Part shown: positions 1 through 8,396 of the stretch, piece after piece
Layout: each line of letters starts with the position of its first letter
How positions within the stretch are numbered: position 1 is the first letter of the stretch
Virus record (IMG/VR): IMGVR_UViG_3300032283_000229
Span: 1-24,531 of that record
Length of the DNA stretch: 24,531 bases
DNA from: a virus
Taxonomy: Duplodnaviria; Caudoviricetes
Reading direction: 5' to 3' (one strand)
Position numbers and translations under genes: made by a program
Notes under the pieces: model-generated
What the model saw: only the letters and a program-made list of their open reading frames with translations
Databases searched by the model: none
What the model was told of the DNA's origin: nothing

Positions 1-81
1 AATAACATTTGTAAATCCTCTTAACTCGGGAAGTGTTTGTAAATTTAAAATTTTAAATTCAAAAGTTATATTATTTTCCAT
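1..81 (-). CDS. Partial CDS (5' part only, runs off the left edge): hypothetical phage protein following the collagen-like gene
   Basis: ATG at 81-79 opens 27 uninterrupted codons to the edge (MENNITFEFKILNLQTLPELRGFTNVI). It follows an A-rich spacer (82-110 on the minus strand) and is co-oriented with all other genes. Not in the ORF track. Confidence 0.7.
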   Translation of the reverse strand, partial: MENNITFEFKILNLQTLPELRGFTNVI

Positions 82-110
82 ATTTTTTTTATTTTTTTAT
101 TATTTTTTTA

Positions 111-1160
111 TTAACCAGGTATTACTCTTGATACAGTATATGCTGTAGCACTATCATATAAATCCATTCCTGATGTTTGAACATTACATCCAGTGCCACT
201 CACACTAATAGACATAACACCAGCACCACCATAAGTAGCGGTAGGTACACTACACATATTAAATTCACCACCTGTTTGATTTGTATTATTTTTCCATACC
301 CATCCTGCTGTAGCAGTTCTTGCTCCATTATTACCTGTAATACGAGTAGATATTACATATGTAGAACCATAACTCATATTATCTATTAGCGGAACTAATC
401 TATCTCCATTATAATTTGTTCCATTAATTGTATATGTTGTAGTCACAGACATTCCAGGACCTGTAGGACCTGTAGGACCTGTAGGACCAGGACTACCAGT
501 TGGACCAGTACCTCCAGGACTACCTGTTGGTCCTGTACCACCCGCAGTTCCTGTTGGACCTGTTGGACCTGTTGGACCTGTTGGACCTGTTATTCCCGAT
601 TGATTTGTCCATTTTCCCGTAGTTGAGTTATAAACCATCAATTGATTATTTGATGGAGTTGCGACCGTTACATCGGATAAAGCTGAAAATGAAACTTGAG
701 CGGAACCAGTTACTACAGTTCCAATTGCAGCTCTTATTTGAGCTGCAGTTATTGTTCCACCTAATGCAGTTGATGTTCCTGCTATTGTAATTGCGTTTGA
801 ACCACTTAATATAGTTGAACTACCCAATACTTGTGCCGAACCCGAAACTATACCTGCTGGTAATGATGCAGTTAAACTAATAGTACCACTTGTAATATCA
901 GTAGTTGTTACTAATGTATTTGCACTTATTGTTTTAGTTACAGTTTGTTTATTATCTACTAAAAAAATAGAACCCGAACCAACATAAAGGTGTCTCCAAG
1001 GGTTTGTTAAAGTTCCTAAATCATATGCACCACTTACGGCAGGGATTATAGAACCCATTGTTACGATTGAACCAGTTATAGAAACCGAACCAGTTATAGT
1101 AGTTGAACCAGATGTATTTAATCCGTTATATAAATTTAACTGTCCGTTTATTAATTGCAT
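111..1160 (-). CDS. Collagen-like fibre/appendage protein
   Basis: 349-aa ORF with a TGS/SGS-rich N-terminal half. An '[26 protein letters not shown]' linker typical of phage fibre proteins precedes 16 Gly-X-Y triplets (mostly GPT) and a ~110-aa beta-rich C-terminal domain. Confidence 0.85.
   Translation of the reverse strand: MQLINGQLNLYNGLNTSGSTTITGSVSITGSIVTMGSIIPAVSGAYDLGTLTNPWRHLYVGSGSIFLVDNKQTVTKTISANTLVTTTDITSGTISLTASLPAGIVSGSAQVLGSSTILSGSNAITIAGTSTALGGTITAAQIRAAIGTVVTGSAQVSFSALSDVTVATPSNNQLMVYNSTTGKWTNQSGITGPTGPTGPTGPTGTAGGTGPTGSPGGTGPTGSPGPTGPTGPTGPGMSVTTTYTINGTNYNGDRLVPLIDNMSYGSTYVISTRITGNNGARTATAGWVWKNNTNQTGGEFNMCSVPTATYGGAGVMSISVSGTGCNVQTSGMDLYDSATAYTVSRVIPG
453..596 (-). repeat. 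Collagen (Gly-X-Y)16 coding repeat with 9-bp tandem units
   Basis: Encodes [51 protein letters not shown] units on +: cctgttgga x4 (from 550) and ggacctgta x3 (from 457). Confidence 0.95.
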
Positions 1161-1180
1161 CTTATTGTATTATTGTTTAT

Positions 1181-1189
1181 TATAAATAT
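1181..1189 (-). promoter_or_regulatory. Putative phage late promoter motif ATATTTATA
   Basis: Reads tataaatat on + and ATATTTATA on the coding strand, 20 nt upstream of the ATG at 1160. The same motif recurs in other intergenic gaps. Confidence 0.55.
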
Positions 1190-1193
1190 TAAG

Positions 1194-2459
1194 TTATCCC
1201 AAATTAAATCTATTCTTTAATGCGTTATAGTTTTGTTGGATTTCTTGTGCCGATAATACTTTATTATAAAATTGCATATTGTATAAATTTCCATTAAAAC
1301 ATAATCCAAATGTATTAACAGAATATGAACCTATTCTTGTATTATTTCCTGTTCCAGTATATCTTATATTACCTCCAGAACCATCAAGTATAGAATTTAC
1401 ATATATTTGTTTAAATGCTGAAGTGTAATTATATGTCCATACAATATTATAAAATGTATTTGCAGATAACAATACTGAACCTCCAATATCATTGCTATAA
1501 AGTCCAAACTGAACTCTAGCGGAACGTTCTCCTAGATGAATTTGATTATTAATACCAGAAATACCATGTCCTACTATAGCATTATCATTACTACCACCAG
1601 TATTTACAACATTAAATTTTACCCATGTAGAAACTGACCATGACCCTGCATTCCAAAACGAATCAGTTATAGAATATTCTGAGATATAAGAGGTATTAAA
1701 TGCACCACCTGTAAATGATAAACTACCAATATTAGATGCATTAAATGTTGGGATACTGGAACCTGATAAGATTCCATTATTATTATTTCCACTCAAATCA
1801 TTCCAATTAGTTCTAAAAATAGGGGATGATGTAGTATTTTTATAATCTGTTACAAATGAATTAGATTCCATTTGGAAACCATAAAAATAAGCTCCCGATG
1901 TTCCATCACCTGTATATGATAGTGACCCACTATTATCTAATAATCCAATATATGCATATGTTTGATTTGTTGTTGCAGTTGAACTCGTTGATGCAGTACC
2001 AGTTATAATAACTCGTGTCCATCCGTTTGGATAATCAACATAGCTTGGGGTTAATCCACCTGCAATTTTAGTTTTTGTTGAAACATCAAAATATGCATTA
2101 GAATATTGACTACCCATCCATGCATATTCAACAAATAATTTATTTGTTCCTGCTGGTTTAACAAAAAATGATAATGTATATAAACTTCCTGAAATTGTTG
2201 ATGGATAAGTTCTATTACTAAATACATGACGATTGGTTGCAGTATCTTGTTTTATAAGTGTAGCATTTTGTGTTCCATCAGGTGAAATATCTGCACTACT
2301 TGTTATTGAAACATTCCCACTTGTCCAAACGACATTGGTAAAATCATTACTATATGTTAGTAAATTTTCGGATGGCGTATAAGATTTTGGATTAGCAGCA
2401 TCTAATGCTAATACTAAACCATTTGTTACTATGGGAGGTGTACTTTCATATATTGCCAT
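1194..2459 (-). CDS. LamG/concanavalin A-like lectin domain virion protein with an inserted carbohydrate-binding-like module
   Basis: Has the phage LamG-like frame 'IVTNGLVLALDAANPKSY...WNDLSGNNNNG...WSVSTWVK...IYVNSILD...FNGNLYNMQFYNKVLSAQEIQQNYNALKNRF'. Paralogous to 2722..3399 but with about 190 extra aa. Confidence 0.8.
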   Translation of the reverse strand: MAIYESTPPIVTNGLVLALDAANPKSYTPSENLLTYSNDFTNVVWTSGNVSITSSADISPDGTQNATLIKQDTATNRHVFSNRTYPSTISGSLYTLSFFVKPAGTNKLFVEYAWMGSQYSNAYFDVSTKTKIAGGLTPSYVDYPNGWTRVIITGTASTSSTATTNQTYAYIGLLDNSGSLSYTGDGTSGAYFYGFQMESNSFVTDYKNTTSSPIFRTNWNDLSGNNNNGILSGSSIPTFNASNIGSLSFTGGAFNTSYISEYSITDSFWNAGSWSVSTWVKFNVVNTGGSNDNAIVGHGISGINNQIHLGERSARVQFGLYSNDIGGSVLLSANTFYNIVWTYNYTSAFKQIYVNSILDGSGGNIRYTGTGNNTRIGSYSVNTFGLCFNGNLYNMQFYNKVLSAQEIQQNYNALKNRFNLG

Positions 2460-2465
2460 ATTATA

Positions 2466-2720
2466 TTAGATTAAATTTTGCATAGATGAATTCCATTCTT
2501 CCGTAGAAAGGATTTCAATTATTTCTTCATATGTATATGGTCCTTCACTTCCAACTAAAGTAGATACAAATGAAGGTTGTTCATCTGGCCAATTTACAAA
2601 TGTTTTTGAATTATCAACTGATTTTCTTACAGTTTCTTCCGAAGTTTCTAATACTTGTGTAAAATCTACTTTTGAAAGTTCTGTTGTTGGGAAAATGATG
2701 TATTGTCTTGTGTTGTACAT
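2466..2720 (-). CDS. Small acidic hypothetical phage protein (possible fibre/lectin-associated chaperone)
   Basis: 84-aa ORF tightly packed between two LamG-like genes (gaps of 6 and 1 nt). It is acidic and lacks the Ser/Gly bias of its neighbours. Function is only a positional guess. Confidence 0.7.
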   Translation of the reverse strand: MYNTRQYIIFPTTELSKVDFTQVLETSEETVRKSVDNSKTFVNWPDEQPSFVSTLVGSEGPYTYEEIIEILSTEEWNSSMQNLI

Positions 2721-2721
2721 A

Positions 2722-3399
2722 TTATATTATATTAAATCTTGATTTTTGTGCGTTGTAGTTTTGTTGGATTTCTGATGCGGAGAGTGTTCTATTATAAACC
2801 ATTGCTGCAGAAATGGTTCCAGGTAAAAATAGAACGTTATCACGAATATCACACCCAATTATAAAATCATTTGAAGAATAGGCAGCATTCTTGGCTGCAG
2901 TAGTAGTTCCATCTGCTACACCATTTAGATAAAATGTAAATGATGTTGTGCTTTTTGTTAAACCAAGTAAATTCCAAGTGTTAGTAGTTAAAGTTGTGTT
3001 GGCAGAAACGAAATTTACACCAAATCCATTATCATAATCCCAAAATAACATTTTATTACTTGCAATTTGGAATCCAAATTCTGTGTCTGAATCACTTGCA
3101 CTTCTACCTAACCACATTAATGAGCCATTTCCAGTGTGCTTTACCCACATCAATAAGGTCATATACGATGATGGTGAGTTATTTAAATTAGCGGCTCTTA
3201 AATATTGGTTAGTCCCATTAAATACAATACTACCACCATTATCAGAACTAAATGTAGGTGTATTCACTAATGTTCCACTATTGTTATTCCCACTTAAATC
3301 TCTCCACGTAGTTCCACTTCCAGTATATGATTTTTGATTTGCAGCATCTAATGCTAATACTAATCCGTTTGTTACTATTGGTTGTGCTCCATGTATCAT
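2722..3399 (-). CDS. LamG/concanavalin A-like lectin/glucanase domain protein
   Basis: 'GLVLALDAANQKSYTGSGTTWRDLSGNNNSGTLVNTPTF...FNGTNQY...FYLNGVAD...YNRTLSASEIQQNYNAQKSRF' is the typical phage LamG-like pattern. Its start overlaps the upstream stop as ATGA. Confidence 0.85.
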   Translation of the reverse strand: MIHGAQPIVTNGLVLALDAANQKSYTGSGTTWRDLSGNNNSGTLVNTPTFSSDNGGSIVFNGTNQYLRAANLNNSPSSYMTLLMWVKHTGNGSLMWLGRSASDSDTEFGFQIASNKMLFWDYDNGFGVNFVSANTTLTTNTWNLLGLTKSTTSFTFYLNGVADGTTTAAKNAAYSSNDFIIGCDIRDNVLFLPGTISAAMVYNRTLSASEIQQNYNAQKSRFNII

Positions 3400-4649
3400 A
3401 TTGTTATACTTTTTAAATAAGTATCATCCAATTGTTTTGGAAAATATTTTACTTGTTTTATCCATCCGTTAGACATATTACCACCACCTTGTGTACCACC
3501 AATATAAACATTATAAGTAGATGGTTGAAATGATGGGTTTGAAGACATACGTGATTTATTCAATAATCCTTGAGATGCAATATACCAATCAAATGTTGAT
3601 GCATTCCAATAAGTTGCTGCTTTTCCAAAGGTTGTCCAAAAATTTATATTTGAAGTAATACCTATGGAATTATACAATGAATTGCCATTGTAAGAACCAA
3701 CCGTTGTCATAGTAATTGGAACACTTCCACCACCACCTTCTGTACCAACAATTTCATTATTACCCATAGATAATATTCTACCATATCCATTTTGATTACT
3801 TTCATTACCACCTCTAAATTCTATATACCAAGTATGAGTACCATCGGGTGACATTAGGGTTGAAGTATTTGATATATATGCAAAATCAGCAGCACGATTT
3901 ACAGTTGCGTTTGTAGTTGGTATATAAGATGTTGGGAATCTACCCACTTCAACTTGTGCTCCCCAAACTAATACATCGTTATTTGAAGAATTTGCAAATA
4001 ATCCAAAACCGGCATTTGAAATACTACCTGTAATTTGTCCTGTTGCCCAAACTCTATACCATCCATTTGATAAATTTATACTTCCAGAATTGGTTACAAT
4101 GCCAGAATTAATTTGATATTTAGTTATACTAAGTGATGGGTATGTAGTTATATTTAATCCAAATTGATTACTACCATCACCTACTCCATATACAATAGCT
4201 AAACTACCCGAACCATTATTATTTGCTTTAACATATGCCGAAACTGTATAATATGAAGAAGTAGAATTTGTTATAGTACTCCCATAATAATATACATTGC
4301 CTTGAGAAGTCCATTGGTATCTTGTTGCAGTTTGAGTTCCATCGGGTGCAATTGCATAATTTAATGTTGTTGAACCCGTAAATGTTGCCGTTGGAATTGA
4401 AGGATAATTCGTATTAGTCCTAGATTCTTCCATATATAATCCCTTACTTTCCAATGTATATGGGTCATAATCAAATCTTGGTTGATTTATAGATGCACTT
4501 ACAAGTAAACCACTACCATTATAATATGTTGCCGTTGTTGAACGTGTAAATGTTATAGGATATGGTTCATTTGGATAATTTAAAACATTATCTTTAGCAA
4601 AATTCCTATAAAATTTTGGAGTATTTGATTGTCCTAATATTGTTCCCAT
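3396..4649 (-). CDS. Virion spike/fibre protein with carbohydrate-binding-like and LamG-like domains
   Basis: 'FTRSTTATYYNGSG...NQPRFDYDP...KGLYMEESRTN...NGWYRV...WGAQVEVGRFPTSYIPTTNATVNRAAD...NGWIKQVKYFPKQL' is an architecture widespread in phage fibre/head-spike proteins. Confidence 0.75.
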   Translation of the reverse strand: MGTILGQSNTPKFYRNFAKDNVLNYPNEPYPITFTRSTTATYYNGSGLLVSASINQPRFDYDPYTLESKGLYMEESRTNTNYPSIPTATFTGSTTLNYAIAPDGTQTATRYQWTSQGNVYYYGSTITNSTSSYYTVSAYVKANNNGSGSLAIVYGVGDGSNQFGLNITTYPSLSITKYQINSGIVTNSGSINLSNGWYRVWATGQITGSISNAGFGLFANSSNNDVLVWGAQVEVGRFPTSYIPTTNATVNRAADFAYISNTSTLMSPDGTHTWYIEFRGGNESNQNGYGRILSMGNNEIVGTEGGGGSVPITMTTVGSYNGNSLYNSIGITSNINFWTTFGKAATYWNASTFDWYIASQGLLNKSRMSSNPSFQPSTYNVYIGGTQGGGNMSNGWIKQVKYFPKQLDDTYLKSITI

Positions 4650-4655
4650 AACTTA

Positions 4656-7600
4656 TTATATTACTTGATATGTTATTGTTGCTCCCCATTTGTATGTAGT
4701 ACTACCTGAACCATATACTAATAATGATGCCGATACCGATGATGCTACTATATCAAAATTTACATTTGCAACTTCCGAATTTAAAAATTTCTGATTATAT
4801 CCCACTACCGATGCTACTCCTGCATTGTATTTTATTGTTGATTTTATATCACCCGTTACTGTTTGTCTTGAACCTGTATCATATCCCGTTACAACTGCGG
4901 ACATAAATACCGAAGATGAAACATTTGAAAATACTAAATTAAACAATGAAGATGTTACGTTAGATACCGTTGAACCACTTGCTTGTGTTGTACGAGAATA
5001 TAAACCATATCCTTTATTTACTATAAAGTCCGATTGTACTGTAACCGATGATGATGGTGTTAAGTTTACACCCAATGATAAATACGAACCACTTTTATTA
5101 AATGCTTTGTATGGAAAATCATACATATTAACTTGTCCATCGGATAATGCTTCTATAATTGGTAAACCAGAAACATCATTTACCATATAAATTGAACCTG
5201 AAACTACATCCGTAATAGTAAATTGAGAACCTACCGAAGTTGCACCAAAATCTGCAATTATATTTGCCGTATTTGAACCACTAAATGAACCAGTAAACGT
5301 TGGCATTACTCTTAATGCCGTTTGTGTTTGTGATGAGGTTACATTTGTAAATAAAGGTGTTATGTTTACACCATATACCGTTGCACCTACTGTTGCCGAT
5401 TGAGAGATAGAGTGTGATACTAAAAATGCAGATTGTGATGGTGATAGTGATAAACTACCCGATAATGTAGTTCTTCCATTTACAATTAATGAACCCGTAA
5501 CTTGCAATGAGCCCGTATGTATAGTTGAACCACTAATTGTTAGTGAACCAGTTATTGCTTGGTTTCCTCTGAATACATTTGAACCCGTTGTTGCTAATGA
5601 ACCACTCCATGTGTTAATTGATGAAGTAAATTGATTTAATGATGCCGTTGCTGATGCTATTCCACCAAACAAACTACCATAGTCCGAAGTTCCTGCTAAA
5701 CTTATTTGGGTTGAACCCGAAACTAAATTAGGTATTGTTATGTTTTGAGTACCATCAAACGAAGTTCCATTTATTAATCGTACTGTACTTAATGCATTTG
5801 CAACTGTTGCCGTTCCTACTGCCGAACCAACATATCCACCTTTTGATGCTACTGCAACACCAGTTCTTGCTGATGAGAATGTGATTGTCAAAGAACTACT
5901 ATCTATTGTAGTTATTGATTGTGGTATGATTACACTATTAGTATTGTCGTAAACAGTTACAACTGGGTATTGGGTTGCTAAGAAGTGATTAAATGTCCAT
6001 ACAGATGCTGCCGAAGCAGTTTGATACATTATTGCGTTAGATGAACCATTTAATGCAAAAGATGCCGTACCGAATAAAGAACCTGTGAATGATGTTGCAG
6101 TAACTGAACCCGTTACACTTACCGAACCTGTTATTGTAGTGGAACCAGAAACTCTTAATGAACCTGTTATTTCTGCTAATCCATTATTTTGTATAATTAA
6201 ATTACTACCACTTGTTAAAAGAAAAGATGAACCATTTGTTGTAAGTGATGTTCCAACTGTTGTCAATGATGTTACAACTAACGAACCAGTTATTGTAGTT
6301 GAACCACTAATTCTCAATGAACCCGTTACAATTAATGAACCACTTGTGTTTACAGACCCAGTTATAGTTTGATTACCATTAAATGAATTAGAACCCGTAG
6401 TTGCTAAAGACCCACTCCATCCATTTATTGAGGATGTGAATGTATTTAATGATGCCGTTGCCGATGCGATACCACCAAATAATGAACTATAATCAGAAGT
6501 TCCTGCTAAACTAATTTGAGTTGAGCCAGAAACTAAGTTTGGTATTGTTATATTTTGTGTACCATCAAATAAAGTTCCGTTTATATTTCTACCAGTTGAT
6601 AAAGCATTTGCAACAGTTGCAGTTGCTACTGCTGAACCTACATATCCCCCTTTAGATGCTACTGCTACTCCAGTTCTTGCTGACGAAAAAGTAATAGTTA
6701 AAGAATTACTATCGGTTGCTACTATTGATTGAGGTAATATTACACTATTGTTATTGTCGTAAATTGTTACAACAGGATATTGTGTTGCTAAAAAATGGTT
6801 GAATGTCCATACAGATGCTGCTGATGCAGTTTGGTACATTATTGCATTTGATGAACCATTTAATGCAAAGGATGCCGTTCCTAATAGTGAGCCAGTAAAT
6901 CCATTTGCTGCAGTTACTGAACCCGTAAATACCGATGAACCACTTACATATAATGCGTTTTGAGAACCACTTGCCAAAATTTGTAATCTTGAACCATTAT
7001 CAGTAGGAGATGTTTGATTTGATATTGCAATATTACCTGGGGAGGTAAATATCTTCATATAATTACCACCAACTTCATCTCCAAAGTTTAAAGCCGTACC
7101 TCTGATAGAGCCACTATATACATATAAACTACCACGTGAATAAATGTTTGCAAATCTATTTGATGCAGAACCAATAGTATATGCATTATCTACCGATGTT
7201 GATATATGTCCACCCACCACTAATGAACCAGATACTCTTAAAGAACCAGTTACACTCATTATATCATCGCCAGTATCTCCAAATTTAGTAGAACCCGATG
7301 TGTATAAAACAGATGATGAAACAAATGTTGTATGAAATTCATTTGCAGTAATTGTACCACTAATCGTTACCGAACCTGTTATAGTTTGGTCACCATTAAA
7401 TGAATTAGAACCCGTAGATACAAATGAAGATGTTGCAACTGTATATGACTCACCACTACTATTACCTACCCAAATATATCCTTGTTGTAAAGATGCCGTT
7501 AATGTTGTGTTTGTATAAAAACTTTGAGATGATATACTAGCAACATATTTATCGTCTACTACAAAATCAATGGAACGAGATGTTGGATATATAACAGTTG

Positions 7601-8276
7601 TATCTCCTAAATTTGATAATCCACCAATAAAATGAATTGGACTTCCAACAGTTTGTACAGTTCCAAAATTAAGATTATATCCTAAACTTGCACTATTAAA
7701 ATCTCCAAAAGTTGTATCATCAACATTAAAGTCAAATGCGTTTGGAAATACATATGTTCCTGCAGCTGAACCACCTGCTGAAATATCTGTCCCATTTACA
7801 TATAATGAACCAGTTACACTTACTGAACCTGTAAATTGATGTGTATCATCTGATGTATTACCAAATCTAGTAGAACCACTTGCAAATTGAGTGGTCATAT
7901 TTATAACTGAAGAACTTATAATGTAAGATTGTGCAATTAATGTTCCTTTTATTAGCAAATTAGAACCTGTAATATTACCCAATATATCCAAATCACCATT
8001 TGCGATGATATCATGTGTTACATATAAATCATTTTGAATGTTTACATCTTGTGTAACTACTAATTCACCAAATGAACCTGTTTTGGTTAAAGTAATTGAA
8101 CCGGTGTTTGTAGTATTTGTTGTTATTAATTCTTGTATGGACTCAATTGAACCAGATTTTTTAAAATAAATCTTACCATCGTAAGTATTTACCGCTAATT
8201 CTCCTAAATTAAGTGAACCTGTACCAGGTACCTTACCCGATAACGCACTGCGTTTGAGTTGGATATTTTGAGCCAT
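4656..8276 (-). CDS. Large Ser/Thr/Gly-rich fibre protein with a T4 gp37-like N-terminal motif and internal duplication
   Basis: The N-terminus MAQNIQLKRSALSGKVPGTGSLNLGELAVNTYDGKIYFK resembles the T4 gp37 start (IQFKRS...GELAIN..D..I). It has two copies of a 182-aa module containing the tail-fibre motif 'L.T.R.INGT.FDGT.NITI' and many (I/V)TGS repeats. Confidence 0.8.
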   Translation of the reverse strand: MAQNIQLKRSALSGKVPGTGSLNLGELAVNTYDGKIYFKKSGSIESIQELITTNTTNTGSITLTKTGSFGELVVTQDVNIQNDLYVTHDIIANGDLDILGNITGSNLLIKGTLIAQSYIISSSVINMTTQFASGSTRFGNTSDDTHQFTGSVSVTGSLYVNGTDISAGGSAAGTYVFPNAFDFNVDDTTFGDFNSASLGYNLNFGTVQTVGSPIHFIGGLSNLGDTTVIYPTSRSIDFVVDDKYVASISSQSFYTNTTLTASLQQGYIWVGNSSGESYTVATSSFVSTGSNSFNGDQTITGSVTISGTITANEFHTTFVSSSVLYTSGSTKFGDTGDDIMSVTGSLRVSGSLVVGGHISTSVDNAYTIGSASNRFANIYSRGSLYVYSGSIRGTALNFGDEVGGNYMKIFTSPGNIAISNQTSPTDNGSRLQILASGSQNALYVSGSSVFTGSVTAANGFTGSLLGTASFALNGSSNAIMYQTASAASVWTFNHFLATQYPVVTIYDNNNSVILPQSIVATDSNSLTITFSSARTGVAVASKGGYVGSAVATATVANALSTGRNINGTLFDGTQNITIPNLVSGSTQISLAGTSDYSSLFGGIASATASLNTFTSSINGWSGSLATTGSNSFNGNQTITGSVNTSGSLIVTGSLRISGSTTITGSLVVTSLTTVGTSLTTNGSSFLLTSGSNLIIQNNGLAEITGSLRVSGSTTITGSVSVTGSVTATSFTGSLFGTASFALNGSSNAIMYQTASAASVWTFNHFLATQYPVVTVYDNTNSVIIPQSITTIDSSSLTITFSSARTGVAVASKGGYVGSAVGTATVANALSTVRLINGTSFDGTQNITIPNLVSGSTQISLAGTSDYGSLFGGIASATASLNQFTSSINTWSGSLATTGSNVFRGNQAITGSLTISGSTIHTGSLQVTGSLIVNGRTTLSGSLSLSPSQSAFLVSHSISQSATVGATVYGVNITPLFTNVTSSQTQTALRVMPTFTGSFSGSNTANIIADFGATSVGSQFTITDVVSGSIYMVNDVSGLPIIEALSDGQVNMYDFPYKAFNKSGSYLSLGVNLTPSSSVTVQSDFIVNKGYGLYSRTTQASGSTVSNVTSSLFNLVFSNVSSSVFMSAVVTGYDTGSRQTVTGDIKSTIKYNAGVASVVGYNQKFLNSEVANVNFDIVASSVSASLLVYGSGSTTYKWGATITYQVI
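5544..6089 (-). repeat. Fibre module A, copy 2 (182 aa)
   Basis: FTGSLFGTASFALNGSSNAIMYQTASAASVWTFNHF...GSNVFRGNQAITGS, offset exactly 810 nt from copy 1. Confidence 0.95.
6354..6899 (-). repeat. Fibre module A, copy 1 (182 aa)
   Basis: FTGSLLGTASFALNGSSNAIMYQTASAASVWTFNHF...GSNSFNGNQTITGS, collinear with 5544-6089. Confidence 0.95.
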
Positions 8277-8329
8277 ATATATGGAATTATTTAAACGTTA
8301 TTTAACAACAATGTAGTATATACTACTTG

Positions 8330-8338
8330 AATAAATAT
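8330..8338 (-). promoter_or_regulatory. Putative late promoter motif ATATTTATT
   Basis: aataaatat on +. In the transcription direction it lies immediately after the terminator at 8345-8372 and before the 1206-aa gene. Confidence 0.5.
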
Positions 8339-8344
8339 AGATTA

Positions 8345-8372
8345 AAAACAAAAAACCCTTCCGAAGAAGGGT
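8345..8372 (-). terminator. Rho-independent terminator with C(UUCG)G tetraloop
   Basis: Minus strand reads ACCCTTC-TTCG-GAAGGGT followed by TTTTTGTTTTT, 24 nt after the stop of the 608-aa gene. Confidence 0.9.
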
Positions 8373-8396
8373 CTTATTATTATTTATAATTTTTTA

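Noticed and set aside
453-596. Short tandem repeats as a CRISPR array
   Set aside because: They are 9-bp units without spacers and encode collagen triplets.
1806-2375. Intein or intron explaining the insertion in the LamG protein
   Set aside because: There is no intein C-terminal His-Asn followed by Cys/Ser/Thr and no endonuclease motif, the frame is uninterrupted, and the insert resembles a module of the neighbouring gene.
8381-8388. Canonical T4 late promoter TATAAATA on the coding strand
   Set aside because: It is a single intergenic instance just upstream of a strong terminator, so any transcript would stop almost at once. Probably chance in AT-rich DNA.
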